A stretch of DNA of 21,309 nucleotides from Bradymonadia bacterium. Lineage in GTDB: Bacteria > Myxococcota_A > Bradymonadia > UBA7976 > UBA1532. Below, one piece after another: positions 8,158-17,102 of this stretch (its first letter is position 1; every line of letters starts with the position of its first letter). The stretch is from positions 1 through 21,309 of the forward strand of contig JBKAGE010000018.1 of NCBI GenBank assembly GCA_046290225.1. The letters run 5' to 3'. Below the pieces are notes generated by a model. That model ran no database searches. It had not been told where the DNA came from and saw only the letters and a list, made by a program, of their open reading frames with translations. The translations under genes were made by a program, and so were the position numbers.

Positions 8158-9480
8158 TCAGCCGACGGCCTTGGCGCCGCTCATACCGACTGTGACCGGG
8201 CAATGCCCTGCGCCGATGTGGGCTTCCCACTCGTCGCGGAATTTCTTGATGAAGCCCTGAATGGGCATGGCAGCGGCGTCGCCGAGGGCACAGATGGTGT
8301 TGCCCAGAATGCGGTCGCAGATGCTGTCGAGGAAGTCGAGGCCGCCCTCGATGTGCTCACCGGCTTCGAGGCGCTGGATCTGACGGAACAGCCACCCGGT
8401 GCCCTCGCGGCAGGGGGTGCACTGACCACAGCTCTCGTGCTTGTAGAACCGCGCGATGCGGGCGGCGAGCTTCACGGTGCACACGCCCTCTTCGAAGACG
8501 GCGATGCAGCCGGTGCCCATCATGGTGCCGGCCTTCATCATGGCGTCGAAGTCGAGGGGGGTGTCGAGCTCGTTGGGCAGCATGGGAGGGCAACTCGACC
8601 CACCGGGGATGATGCCCTTGAGGGGCTTGTTGCCCCGCATGCCCCCGGCGCACTCCTCGAAGAGGTAGCGCATCGAAGTGCCCATGGGCAGCTCCCAGAC
8701 GCCGGGGTTCTTCACGTGGCCGCTGGCACCGAAGAGCTTGAGGCCGCCGTTGCGCTCCACGCCGAGGTCGGCATAAGCCTGACCACCGTTGTTCACGACC
8801 CACGGCACATAGGCCACGGTCTCGACGTTGTTCACGATGGTGGGGCAGCCGAAGACGCCGTAGAGGGCCGGGAACGGAGGCTTGTTCCGGGGCTGGCCCG
8901 CCTTGCCCTCGAGGCTCTCGATGAGGGCGGTCTCCTCGCCGCACACATAGGCGCCGGCGCCCTGGTGTACGTAGACCTCGCAGTCGAAGCCGCTGCCGAG
9001 GATGTTCTTGCCCACGAGGCCCGCGGCCCGTGCCTCGCCGATGGCCTCGTTCATGCGGCGGATGCTGCTGACCAGCTCACCGCGAATGTAGATGTAGCAG
9101 GTGTGCGCCTGGATCGCGTAGCTGGCCAGCAGGCAACCCTCGAGGAACTCGTGGGGGTTGCGCTCCATGATCAGGCGATCTTTGAACGTACCCGGCTCGC
9201 CTTCATCGGCGTTGATGACCAGGTAGATGGGCTTATCGGTCTCTTTGGGCAGGAAGCCCCACTTGATGCCCGCCGGGAACCCTGCGCCACCGCGGCCGCG
9301 GATGTTGGCGGCCTTGACCTCGGCCTTGATCTCGTCGGGGGTCATCTTCGTGAGCCCCTTGCGCAGGGCGGTGTAGCCGCCGTGGCGCTGGTACCCCTTG
9401 AGCGTGTGCAGCTCGGGGTCGCTCAAGTGAGCGGTGAGGATCTTCAGGTCGGTCTTGGGGGCGTAGTTCTTGGCGTTCAT
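8158..9480 (-). CDS. nuoF: NADH-quinone oxidoreductase subunit F (FMN/NADH-binding)
   Basis: RGRGGAGFP, NADEGEPGTFKDR, GAGAYVCGEETALIESLEG and the N3 cluster motif ESCGQCTPCREG...TICALG. Confidence 0.97.
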   Translation of the reverse strand: MNAKNYAPKTDLKILTAHLSDPELHTLKGYQRHGGYTALRKGLTKMTPDEIKAEVKAANIRGRGGAGFPAGIKWGFLPKETDKPIYLVINADEGEPGTFKDRLIMERNPHEFLEGCLLASYAIQAHTCYIYIRGELVSSIRRMNEAIGEARAAGLVGKNILGSGFDCEVYVHQGAGAYVCGEETALIESLEGKAGQPRNKPPFPALYGVFGCPTIVNNVETVAYVPWVVNNGGQAYADLGVERNGGLKLFGASGHVKNPGVWELPMGTSMRYLFEECAGGMRGNKPLKGIIPGGSSCPPMLPNELDTPLDFDAMMKAGTMMGTGCIAVFEEGVCTVKLAARIARFYKHESCGQCTPCREGTGWLFRQIQRLEAGEHIEGGLDFLDSICDRILGNTICALGDAAAMPIQGFIKKFRDEWEAHIGAGHCPVTVGMSGAKAVG

Positions 9481-10070
9481 GAGCGGCGTCCTTCCGGCTT
9501 CTTGCGCAGTTCATCGATGATTTGATCGGACCATTTGATCAACTCAGCGATGGATGTTCGGCGCTGGCCGTTGCCGACGTGCTCGTAGTTGTCCGCGGTC
9601 TGCTCGTAGTACCGGATGGTGTTGTCCAGATCGTAACGATCGTTGATCTGGAGCGCCGGAGCAGTGCCACAGGCGGCGAGACACTCCACCTCTTCGAGGG
9701 TGAAGAGGCCGTCGTCGGTGGTGCCGTGGTTCCCCACGCCGAGCGTCTTCTTGAAGTGCTCGAAGATCTCCACCCCACCTGTGAGGTGGCAGGCGACGTT
9801 GGTGCACACCTGTACGTGATAACGGCCCACCGGGGCCTTGTTGTACATGGTGTAGAAAGTGGCCACCTGACGCACCTTGACCGGGGGAAGGTCGAGGACG
9901 TGTGCCACGTGGTCGAGGACGTCGGGGGATACATATCCCTCTGGGCCCTGAGCTTGGACCTGATCCTGTGCGAGGTGAAGTACGGGGAGAAGCGCCGCCT
10001 CGGTATTGGGATACCGAGAGACAATCTCTTTCACCTGGCGCAGGTTTTCTTCGGTAAATTCGAAGGACAT
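9477..10070 (-). CDS. nuoE: NADH-quinone oxidoreductase subunit E
   Basis: ALLPVLHLAQ, VATFYTMY and 2Fe-2S ligands VCTNVAC...ECLAAC. The stop codon overlaps the nuoF ATG. Confidence 0.95.
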   Translation of the reverse strand: MSFEFTEENLRQVKEIVSRYPNTEAALLPVLHLAQDQVQAQGPEGYVSPDVLDHVAHVLDLPPVKVRQVATFYTMYNKAPVGRYHVQVCTNVACHLTGGVEIFEHFKKTLGVGNHGTTDDGLFTLEEVECLAACGTAPALQINDRYDLDNTIRYYEQTADNYEHVGNGQRRTSIAELIKWSDQIIDELRKKPEGRRS

Positions 10071-10206
10071 GCCTGTACCTGTGGGTGGGTGGTGGAACCA
10101 GTTCGGGGTCCGCCAAAAGGGCGCCCCTTCCTATTCATTTTCACGTGAGTGGTCAAGGGAAAAGGCCGATTCGCCGACTGCAAGGTGACCCCCAAAGGAT
10201 GCCATC

Positions 10207-10989
10207 ATGTACGACGAACTCCCTGATGATTGCCGTAGAGAACACCCCAGAGCCCCTGCCCTCGTGAGAGTGCGTTATGGCTCCGCCGGTGTTTTGAAGA
10301 CCGATTTCACTGAGAACATCTCTCAAGGTGGCCTCTTCGTGGCCACCCACGAACCCTTCGAGATCGGCCAGGACATCTCGCTTCGGCTCTCCTGCCCCGG
10401 CCTCACCGAAGAGGTGGAGGTGCAGGGCACGGTGAAGTGGGTGGGGCGTCGCCCCGGGGCCGAAGGACACCCGGTGAAGGGCATCGGTGTGCAGTTCGAT
10501 CACCTCGGTGATCCCTTGAAGACCGCCCGCCTCGAGGCCCTCATCGACACCGCCTTCGAACCCATGTTCCCTGGCGAAGGCCCCCCGGCGAACGTGCTGC
10601 TCGTCGATCCCAACCCCCACAGCCGGGTGCTCTACGCCCAGGGGCTGCAGCGGGCCTCGGCGGCCACCGGCGGCGCGCCGATCCAGGTCTTCGAAGCGGG
10701 CACGGGCCTCGAGGCCCTGCACATGTCCGAGCGTCATCACTTCGACGTGGCCCTCGTGGAGCTCGGGCTCCCCGACATGCAGGGTTTCGATGTCATCCAT
10801 CAGCTTACCGAGACACAGCCCGAACTCTCGATCTGTGCCCTCTCCCATGGTGATCCAGGTGATCAGCCGCGGGCCCTCGAGGCCGGCGCCGTGGTCTTCG
10901 CCCACAAGCCCGTGGTGATGAAGGCCCTGATCAACACTGTGAAGATGATGCTCAAGGGGGAGGCCCGTCGCGACGCGATGGCCGGTTGA
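10207..10989 (+). CDS. PilZ (TIGR02266-type) plus receiver domain protein, PixA-like architecture
   Basis: The N-terminus has RxxxR (REHPR), NxSxxG (NISQGG) and GIGVQF. The C-terminal receiver fold reads VLLVD...EAGTGLEAL...FDVALVELGLPDMQG...ALEAGA...KP. Confidence 0.9.
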   Translation: MYDELPDDCRREHPRAPALVRVRYGSAGVLKTDFTENISQGGLFVATHEPFEIGQDISLRLSCPGLTEEVEVQGTVKWVGRRPGAEGHPVKGIGVQFDHLGDPLKTARLEALIDTAFEPMFPGEGPPANVLLVDPNPHSRVLYAQGLQRASAATGGAPIQVFEAGTGLEALHMSERHHFDVALVELGLPDMQGFDVIHQLTETQPELSICALSHGDPGDQPRALEAGAVVFAHKPVVMKALINTVKMMLKGEARRDAMAG

Positions 10990-11004
10990 ACGATCAGGGA
11001 GTCT

Positions 11005-11622
11005 TCAGAGAGGCACGTCGATCTTGAGCACGAAGGTGGGCGACAGGTGACCCACGAGGCTGGGGCGCTCGATCTGCCGCTTCACCCACATATACGGGAA
11101 GTAGCCGTACAGCTCGGCCTCTGGAGCGAGCCGACGGATGTCGTCGAGATCGAAGAAGTGCAGATGATCGTCCCGCTGCAGCTTGTCAGGGGTGAGCCCC
11201 ACCCACGACAACATGCGGAACAACCACATGTAGCTGTTGGGCGTCGTCAGGATCAGTGAACCCCCGGGGCGGGTCACGCGACGCAGCTCGCTCAGGCTGA
11301 AGGCGGGATCCGCGAGGTGCTCGATGACCTCGGACGACCAGATCAAATCGAAGCTGTCGTCTTCGAAGGGCAATGGCTGGTTAGCGTCGATGACCAGACA
11401 GCCCTCGAACCCGGGCTCTACGTCGACGGAGGTCACCGTGTAGCCCCGAGAGGCGAGCCACCGGCTCTGATGCCCTGCCCTGGCCCCGAGGTCAAGCACG
11501 GCGCGGCCGTCACCGGGGGGCACGAGGCGCAGGGCGATCTGCTTGCCCTCGGTGGTCTCGGCCACGGCGCCCTGGCCCAAATCGATGGGGATACGCTTGA
11601 GCAGGTTGATGACACGCTTCAC
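11005..11622 (-). CDS. Class I SAM-dependent methyltransferase (Methyltransf_11-like)
   Basis: VLDLGARAG (motif I variant), LPFEDDSFDLIWSSEVIEHL and RVTRPGGSLILTTPN. Confidence 0.92.
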   Translation of the reverse strand: MKRVINLLKRIPIDLGQGAVAETTEGKQIALRLVPPGDGRAVLDLGARAGHQSRWLASRGYTVTSVDVEPGFEGCLVIDANQPLPFEDDSFDLIWSSEVIEHLADPAFSLSELRRVTRPGGSLILTTPNSYMWLFRMLSWVGLTPDKLQRDDHLHFFDLDDIRRLAPEAELYGYFPYMWVKRQIERPSLVGHLSPTFVLKIDVPL

Positions 11623-11686
11623 GACGAACTCCGAGCTGAGCGGGTGGGCACCCTAGAAATTTCACCTCGGAGATACAAGAGGCCGC

Positions 11687-14338
11687 TCACGGATCTCGGC
11701 AGACCAGACGCTTGTAGCTCATGCGCCACGTCTCGCCGATGACCTCGCCGTTGCTGGTGCGCTCCCTGACGAAGCCACCGATGACCAGAGAGGGCTCGTA
11801 GCGGCCCTTGTGGGTGGTCCAGATGATGGGGTGCTCTTCGTCGATGGTGATCGGCTCAACGGTATCGTTTCTGAAATTGACCAGGGGCTCGGTCTCCGGA
11901 TCGAAGGTGAAGACTGGCTGCGAAGCCCAGGGGATCACCCCGAAGTTCTCGGTGAGGTTGAAGGCCCAGAACTCGATCTTGCCATCTTCGAGGGGTCGCC
12001 CGTAGATGAGGCGCTTGAACCGGGGGTGGGCCATGAACTCCACCCGATCACCAGGCTGTGGGGCCGGTGCCACGTTCACCCACTGATAGTCGGCGATGCC
12101 TCTGACCCACACCCGGGGAGTGGGCGGGTTCTCGGGCATGACGCCGGTCTGCACCTCTATCTGGGTGCCCGACGCAATGCCGTAGAGATAGGTGGGCCGG
12201 GGGAAGGGCCCCTCCGTCTCCTGCATGGCGGCGATGGGCACGGGCAGATCAGTGATCTCCTCGGCCCCCTGCCGCCCGAACTGGAAGCTGCGCAGACGCC
12301 ACCGCCCCTCGGTGTTGCGATAACCCACGAAGATGTCGCGGATGACGTCCTCGCTCCGGGTGATGGTGCCCCAGGTGATGGTGCCGCCCTCTGGCAGATC
12401 TTCGAGCAACTCGGCGAAGTCGTAGCGGTTCGGCGGGATCAGCAAGCGCGGGTCGAGGGCCACGAGCTCTTCGTCGGGGTAGCAGTACACCCGCCACATG
12501 TTCTCGGGGCACACCACCACGGCGAGGGGGGGCTGGTTGTTGATGGGCTGAGTCGGATCCATGGAGAGGACCTCGGAGCAGCCCTCGAGCTCGAGCGGTG
12601 GCTGAATCGGGCGCGGCTCACCGTTGAGATCGGAGCGGATCCAGCGAGCGACGATGGGGCCACCGGGCTCTTGCCGGCCCACCATGACCCCACAGCCCCC
12701 AGAGGTGCCCCAGTGAGACATATCGCTGAAGGTGGCTTGGTTCTGCGCGTCGCTGCCTGGGTCCCGAAAGCCGTTCAGCGGGGCGCTGGCTCCACTGAAG
12801 CTGATGAACAGCTTCCGACTCTCCCAAAGGCTCTCGCCGATACGAAACACCCCATCGAAGGCGTTCCGGTTGAGCACGTCGCCGAGGATCATCTCGGTCA
12901 TGGGGCCGCCAAGATCGAGATCCCAAAAATCTACGGGGCTGGTGGCATCAGGCGTCGGATCGACGAGGCAGCACAGGCCGTTGTCGATCTCGCCATCGCA
13001 GTCGTTGTCGACCTTGTCGCAGACCTCGGGGGTGGGGTTGTCGCAGTTGTTGTTGGGCAAGAAGCCATATGTCTCACCCTCGAACTCCACCTCGTCCATG
13101 GGGATCGCCACCACGTCGGGGTCATTGCGATCCCCGAAGCGCACCCCGTAGGCATAGAAGTTCTCGGTGGTCAGTGCGGGCTCGATCGGATCAGGCACCA
13201 TCTCGCTGCCGAGGAAGAAGCCACGCACACCGGGGTAGGGCCAGCTCTCCCAGCTCTGCTGTGAGCGGTACAGCCCCTGGGCCCCGGCGATGACCAGCTC
13301 CAGGCGGCCGTTCACCGGGGGGCCGTCTTCGGGATCGGGCCGCAGCGCCCTCAAGACCAGAGGCCAGCCGTCCACCCCGGTGGCAAAGCGGGTGAGGTTG
13401 ACGTCGGCGCTCAGGCCCAGGAAGAACGGGAAGTTCTTGCTGGGGCCGAAGAGCGGCCGCATGGCATAGACGATGCCCTCAGAGCGCTCCTGCAGGTGGG
13501 CCACAGTCTGCTTGTCGGCGTTGCGATCGAGGCGCCCTCGGCCCAGCTGACACGAGAAGTTGCCGATGGGGGTCGGCGCTGCGGGGTCATCGACGATCTG
13601 TACGCACTGCCCCACCTCGGAGAAGCGCATCACCGCCCCACCAGCCACCCCCACCACGCTGTCAGGTCGGGGCAGGGAGAGCGTGTCGCGGAACACCTGA
13701 GCTGCTTCTCCCTGACCGTTGACCCGGACCCACGCCAGGGTGTCGCTGTCCGTGGGGGCCACGCCCATGTCGGCCTCAGGATCAGTCTCTCGAGGGAGGG
13801 GCTGACCGAAGATGTACATGTTGGCCCCAGTGACGGCCACCAGCGGTGCACCGAGCAGGTCGATGGTCGTCGGATCGCCGCCCTCGGTGGGGTTCCAGAT
13901 CTGGATCCGGCCTTCAGCACCAGTGAAGACCAGCCAGGGCTCGCTGCCGAGCTCCACGGCGGCCATGCCCGCCGGCGGCGTCTCCAGATCGACCACCCGC
14001 TCGGCCTCGGTCTGCCAGTTGCCCTGCTCGTCCCCCACTCGGCTCCACACAGTCTCGCCGTCGTACCAGAAGACATAGATCGAGCGGCCGCGCTTCAGCA
14101 GAGCCACCTCTTCGTAGGTGGGGTGAGCTGCGGGGCTCCAGACCTCGGCATCGACATCGAGATCAGGCAGATCGGCGTCGACCCCAGCGTCTACATAGAC
14201 TTCGAAGTCGGGGATCATCACCTGCCCGGGATCGGGCTTGAGCGAAGTGGACTCGCTCTCGCACGCCGCCACGCTCAGCGCCGTAGCGATCGACAGGAGG
14301 CAGCGAGTCAGAGCAGGGCGGGCCAGAGCAAGGCGCAT
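11687..14338 (-). CDS. Large hypothetical lipoprotein with one myxobacterial putative metal-binding (MopE-like) motif
   Basis: Start at ATG 14338 gives MRLALARP...ALSVAA-C (lipobox), then an acidic low-complexity linker. Central motif PEVCDKVDNDCDGEIDNG. The flanking regions look beta-rich. Confidence 0.8.
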   Translation of the reverse strand: MRLALARPALTRCLLSIATALSVAACESESTSLKPDPGQVMIPDFEVYVDAGVDADLPDLDVDAEVWSPAAHPTYEEVALLKRGRSIYVFWYDGETVWSRVGDEQGNWQTEAERVVDLETPPAGMAAVELGSEPWLVFTGAEGRIQIWNPTEGGDPTTIDLLGAPLVAVTGANMYIFGQPLPRETDPEADMGVAPTDSDTLAWVRVNGQGEAAQVFRDTLSLPRPDSVVGVAGGAVMRFSEVGQCVQIVDDPAAPTPIGNFSCQLGRGRLDRNADKQTVAHLQERSEGIVYAMRPLFGPSKNFPFFLGLSADVNLTRFATGVDGWPLVLRALRPDPEDGPPVNGRLELVIAGAQGLYRSQQSWESWPYPGVRGFFLGSEMVPDPIEPALTTENFYAYGVRFGDRNDPDVVAIPMDEVEFEGETYGFLPNNNCDNPTPEVCDKVDNDCDGEIDNGLCCLVDPTPDATSPVDFWDLDLGGPMTEMILGDVLNRNAFDGVFRIGESLWESRKLFISFSGASAPLNGFRDPGSDAQNQATFSDMSHWGTSGGCGVMVGRQEPGGPIVARWIRSDLNGEPRPIQPPLELEGCSEVLSMDPTQPINNQPPLAVVVCPENMWRVYCYPDEELVALDPRLLIPPNRYDFAELLEDLPEGGTITWGTITRSEDVIRDIFVGYRNTEGRWRLRSFQFGRQGAEEITDLPVPIAAMQETEGPFPRPTYLYGIASGTQIEVQTGVMPENPPTPRVWVRGIADYQWVNVAPAPQPGDRVEFMAHPRFKRLIYGRPLEDGKIEFWAFNLTENFGVIPWASQPVFTFDPETEPLVNFRNDTVEPITIDEEHPIIWTTHKGRYEPSLVIGGFVRERTSNGEVIGETWRMSYKRLVCRDP

Positions 14339-14397
14339 AAGATCCCCAGAGGGTGTGAGTCTTCTGTTGAAGAGGTATCGAATCGACGATGCCAGGA

Positions 14398-15465
14398 TCA
14401 ACCTTCTGCCTGCGCCGCCTGATGCCCGGCGACGTGACCTTCGCCGACGATCCGGGTACGCACGTGGTAGGTGGGCTTGTCCTGCGCCTCGTGATAGGTG
14501 CGCTGCAAAATGTCGGCGACGAGGCCCAGCGAGATGAGCTGGACCCCCACCACGATGAGCAGAATCCCCAGCAAAAGCATGGGTCGATCAGCGATGGCCG
14601 AGCCATAGATGATCTTCTGTAGAGCCAGCCACGCACAAATGATGAAGCCGACGAAGCCCGACAAGAAGCCCCACTTGCCGAAGACCTGCATGGGCTTCAC
14701 CAGATAGGACTGGATGTAGCGCACCGTGATCAAATCGAGGATCACCCGGGTGGTGCGGCCGATGCCGTATTTGCTTGTGCCGAACTGCCGTGCGCGGTGG
14801 TTCACCTTCACCTCGGCGACGGTGGCCCCGATCCAGCTGGCCACCGCAGGGATGAACCGGTGCATCTCGCCGTAGAGCCTGATCTCCTTCGCCAGAGCCC
14901 GACGCATGACCTTCAGCGTGCAGCCATAATCGTGCAGCCGCACCTTGGTGGTCTTGCTGATGATGCGGTTGGCGATGATGCTCGGCAGGCGTCGGTTGAT
15001 GAAGGCGTCCTGCCGGTCGGCCCGCCACCCCGCCACCATGTCGTAGCCTTCGAACTCGGGATCAGCACCCTCGGGGCTGCCTTCGAGGCCCTCGTGAAGC
15101 ACCTTGATCATCATGGGGATGTCGTGGGGATCGTTCTGCAGATCGGCGTCCATGGTGGCGATCAACTCGCCCCGGGCGGCGTCGAGCCCTGCCTGCAAGG
15201 CGGCGGTCTGGCCGAAGTTGCGCCGGAACCTGATCACCGTGAGGGCCTCGTCCTTCGCCGCGGCCTTCTTGAGCCACCGGTAGCTGCCATCACGGGAGCC
15301 ATCGTCCACGAGAATCAGCTCATACGTCATCCCCGTGGGGTCGAGGGCGGCGTGCAGCTCTTCGACGAGCTTGGGCAGGCTCTCTTCCTCGTTGTAGACG
15401 GGGATCACCACCGACAGATCGAGCACCGGGCGGTCGAGGGCGGGCTGATCGATTGAAGCGTTCAC
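14398..15465 (-). CDS. Family 2 glycosyltransferase, polyprenyl-phosphate sugar synthase type (ArnC/GtrB/DPM1-like)
   Basis: LSVVIPVYNEE, ILVDDGSRD, RNFGQTAA, MDADLQNDP, HDYGC, HRFIP and two C-terminal TM helices. Start taken at GTG 15465 (uncertain). Confidence 0.93.
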   Translation of the reverse strand: MNASIDQPALDRPVLDLSVVIPVYNEEESLPKLVEELHAALDPTGMTYELILVDDGSRDGSYRWLKKAAAKDEALTVIRFRRNFGQTAALQAGLDAARGELIATMDADLQNDPHDIPMMIKVLHEGLEGSPEGADPEFEGYDMVAGWRADRQDAFINRRLPSIIANRIISKTTKVRLHDYGCTLKVMRRALAKEIRLYGEMHRFIPAVASWIGATVAEVKVNHRARQFGTSKYGIGRTTRVILDLITVRYIQSYLVKPMQVFGKWGFLSGFVGFIICAWLALQKIIYGSAIADRPMLLLGILLIVVGVQLISLGLVADILQRTYHEAQDKPTYHVRTRIVGEGHVAGHQAAQAEG

Positions 15466-15572
15466 AGCAGGCTCACGCAGGTTGAGGGGGCGGATAGCAT
15501 ATCGACCGCCCTTGCCAAGACAAGCCTCATCGTTCAATCTCCGCGACCCTTCTACGCCACAGGAGCATCGAG

Positions 15573-15968
15573 ATGGGCTGGTATCTGAGAGAGGGCTACA
15601 CCCAAGCACAGGGTCCTTTTACCGAAGACGAGGTCATCATGGCCCTTGAAGCCGGCGAAGGCTCGGAGGGCGTCTTCGCCAGCCGGGACGGCAAAGATCA
15701 GTGGATCGCCGTCTCCGATCACCCACCCTTTGCCCGAGCCATCGCACGCAGCCGTTCGGGCCAGAGCGGCCCCCCCGCAACGGCACAGTCCACAGGCCCG
15801 TCCACGGGCAGCCAGATCTTCTCGATGATGCTGTTCCCCCCGAGCTGCCTCTGGATTGCCTTCGACAAGAAGCGTCCTCCAGTGGTCAGAGGCCTGGCCT
15901 GGATGTGGATCCTCAGCGTGATCGGCCTCGTCGTGGCCTGGCAGCAGGGCATCCTCAAGTTCCGTTGA
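15573..15968 (+). CDS. GYF_2 (DUF4339)-like domain protein with C-terminal membrane anchor
   Basis: AGGAG at 15561-15565. Pattern WY...QGPF...EV...L...G......V...G...W, then a Ser/Gly/Thr linker and a hydrophobic C-terminus. Confidence 0.8.
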   Translation: MGWYLREGYTQAQGPFTEDEVIMALEAGEGSEGVFASRDGKDQWIAVSDHPPFARAIARSRSGQSGPPATAQSTGPSTGSQIFSMMLFPPSCLWIAFDKKRPPVVRGLAWMWILSVIGLVVAWQQGILKFR

Positions 15969-16028
15969 GCAGCCGCCAAGACTACTGTTCAGACAGCCCT
16001 CATTGAGCGCAGAGCACGATCACATGCG

Positions 16029-16050
16029 CTGACACGAATTTTTTTGTCAG
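16029..16050. promoter_or_regulatory. Candidate palindromic operator upstream of the secreted-protein pair
   Basis: CTGACA-cgaatttttt-TGTCAG, a perfect 6-bp inverted repeat with an AT-rich spacer, 54 nt upstream of ATG 16105. Confidence 0.3.
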
Positions 16051-16104
16051 AACAGCTGGCCCCCGAGCGAACCCCTTGATGCACCACATCGAGGAGACTT
16101 CGCC

Positions 16105-16995
16105 ATGCACGTCACGCTCAGCCGAACCACCCTGACCACTCTCGCCGCCGGCGCTCTCGCCGCTTGCGTGCTCACCGCCGGCACCGCCTCTGCAGAGAAC
16201 GAGGCGGTCTCGTACGGCATCGACGAGTTCTCCTCCCAGTGTGGCAGCAGCGATCTGAGCCGCTCGATCACCTTTGCGGAGAACTTCGATGAGGTCTTCG
16301 ACAACTGGATCAGCGAAGGCAAATGGGGACAGTCGAGCCTCAAGACCGACGCCAATGTCGACGACTACGACTGGACCGACGCCTCGAAGCAGGGCTGGGG
16401 CGACGACAACGACGACAACCGAGGGGCCGATCACGCGGACGTGGCCTTCATCAGCACCCACGGCGTCTCCCCCACCGGCGGGGCCTACACCTCGATCAAA
16501 ATGGGTGACGCCACGACCTCTGGTGAAGGCGGCAACGACGTGTGCAGCGTACGTACCGACAACCATATGCACTTTGGCAGCGACGGCGGCGATCTCGAGA
16601 TCGTGATCCTCGCCGCCTGCGAGACCGGCCAGTACAAGGTCTGGGACAACGGCAACTACGACGGCAGCCGCCACCGAGACGGCCGCCTGCGCACATGGCT
16701 GGGCTTCCACGGCATCAGCTACGACACCCTCGCCGGCCGCATCACCGATTACGCAGAGTCGAGCTATTATAATGGCTTGGGCGACAACTGGATCGACGAG
16801 ATGTATCGAAACCGCTGGGGGTCGGACAACGACGAGTGCCCCACCTCGATCATCTACGGCGAGAGCACCAGCGAGATGAACAGCCAGCACGATTACGGCG
16901 GCTTCAACGATCGCAACAAGAGCGGCACCGTGAAGAACAAGCGCAAGATCTTCTACATCGATGGCTGTGATCCGAAGAGCGCCCCAGAGTTGTGA
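16105..16995 (+). CDS. Secreted DUF6345-like protein, putative clan CD (caspase/gingipain-fold) cysteine peptidase
   Basis: GAGGAG RBS and a signal peptide ending ASA. Motifs ADHADVAFISTHG, GDLEIVILAACE and WLGFHG match my recollection of DUF6345. His119-Gly and Cys172 each follow a hydrophobic strand. Confidence 0.75.
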   Translation: MHVTLSRTTLTTLAAGALAACVLTAGTASAENEAVSYGIDEFSSQCGSSDLSRSITFAENFDEVFDNWISEGKWGQSSLKTDANVDDYDWTDASKQGWGDDNDDNRGADHADVAFISTHGVSPTGGAYTSIKMGDATTSGEGGNDVCSVRTDNHMHFGSDGGDLEIVILAACETGQYKVWDNGNYDGSRHRDGRLRTWLGFHGISYDTLAGRITDYAESSYYNGLGDNWIDEMYRNRWGSDNDECPTSIIYGESTSEMNSQHDYGGFNDRNKSGTVKNKRKIFYIDGCDPKSAPEL

Positions 16996-17102
16996 TCTGT
17001 CAGCTCACTTGATGGCATCAGTCATCGGCGAGCCATCCACGTAGCCATTTCGACCCATTTGCACCCATTTTCGTGCCATCCCGATGGCAACAGGAGAGTT
17101 CC

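Noticed and set aside
8111..8230. 40-aa N-terminal extension of NuoJ in the ORF track
   Set aside because: It overlaps the nuoF 3' end and is not NuoJ-like; ATG 8110 fits better.
1803..9525. Long + strand ORFs (579, 518, 675, 248 and 470 aa) antisense to nuo genes
   Set aside because: Shadow frames caused by high GC3 in the real genes; His/Gly/Glu-biased composition and no motifs.
10117..10129. Small AAGGG-CGC-CCCTT hairpin in the nuoE/PilZ intergenic region
   Set aside because: A 5-bp stem is too short to be distinguished from chance.
10990..11001. 12-nt match ACGATCAGGGAG also found near 18403-18414
   Set aside because: Short, one copy lies inside the small ORF, and there is no shared structure; likely coincidence.
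14339..15609. Upstream extensions of the lipoprotein ORF (to 14401) and the GT2 ORF (to 15609)
   Set aside because: They displace the signal peptide or overlap the divergent GYF_2 gene; downstream starts were chosen.
16000..16890. 296-aa minus-strand ORF over the DUF6345-like gene, and other antisense ORFs in 11810-14422 and 18628-19902
   Set aside because: Antisense shadows of genes that have RBS, signal peptides or family motifs.
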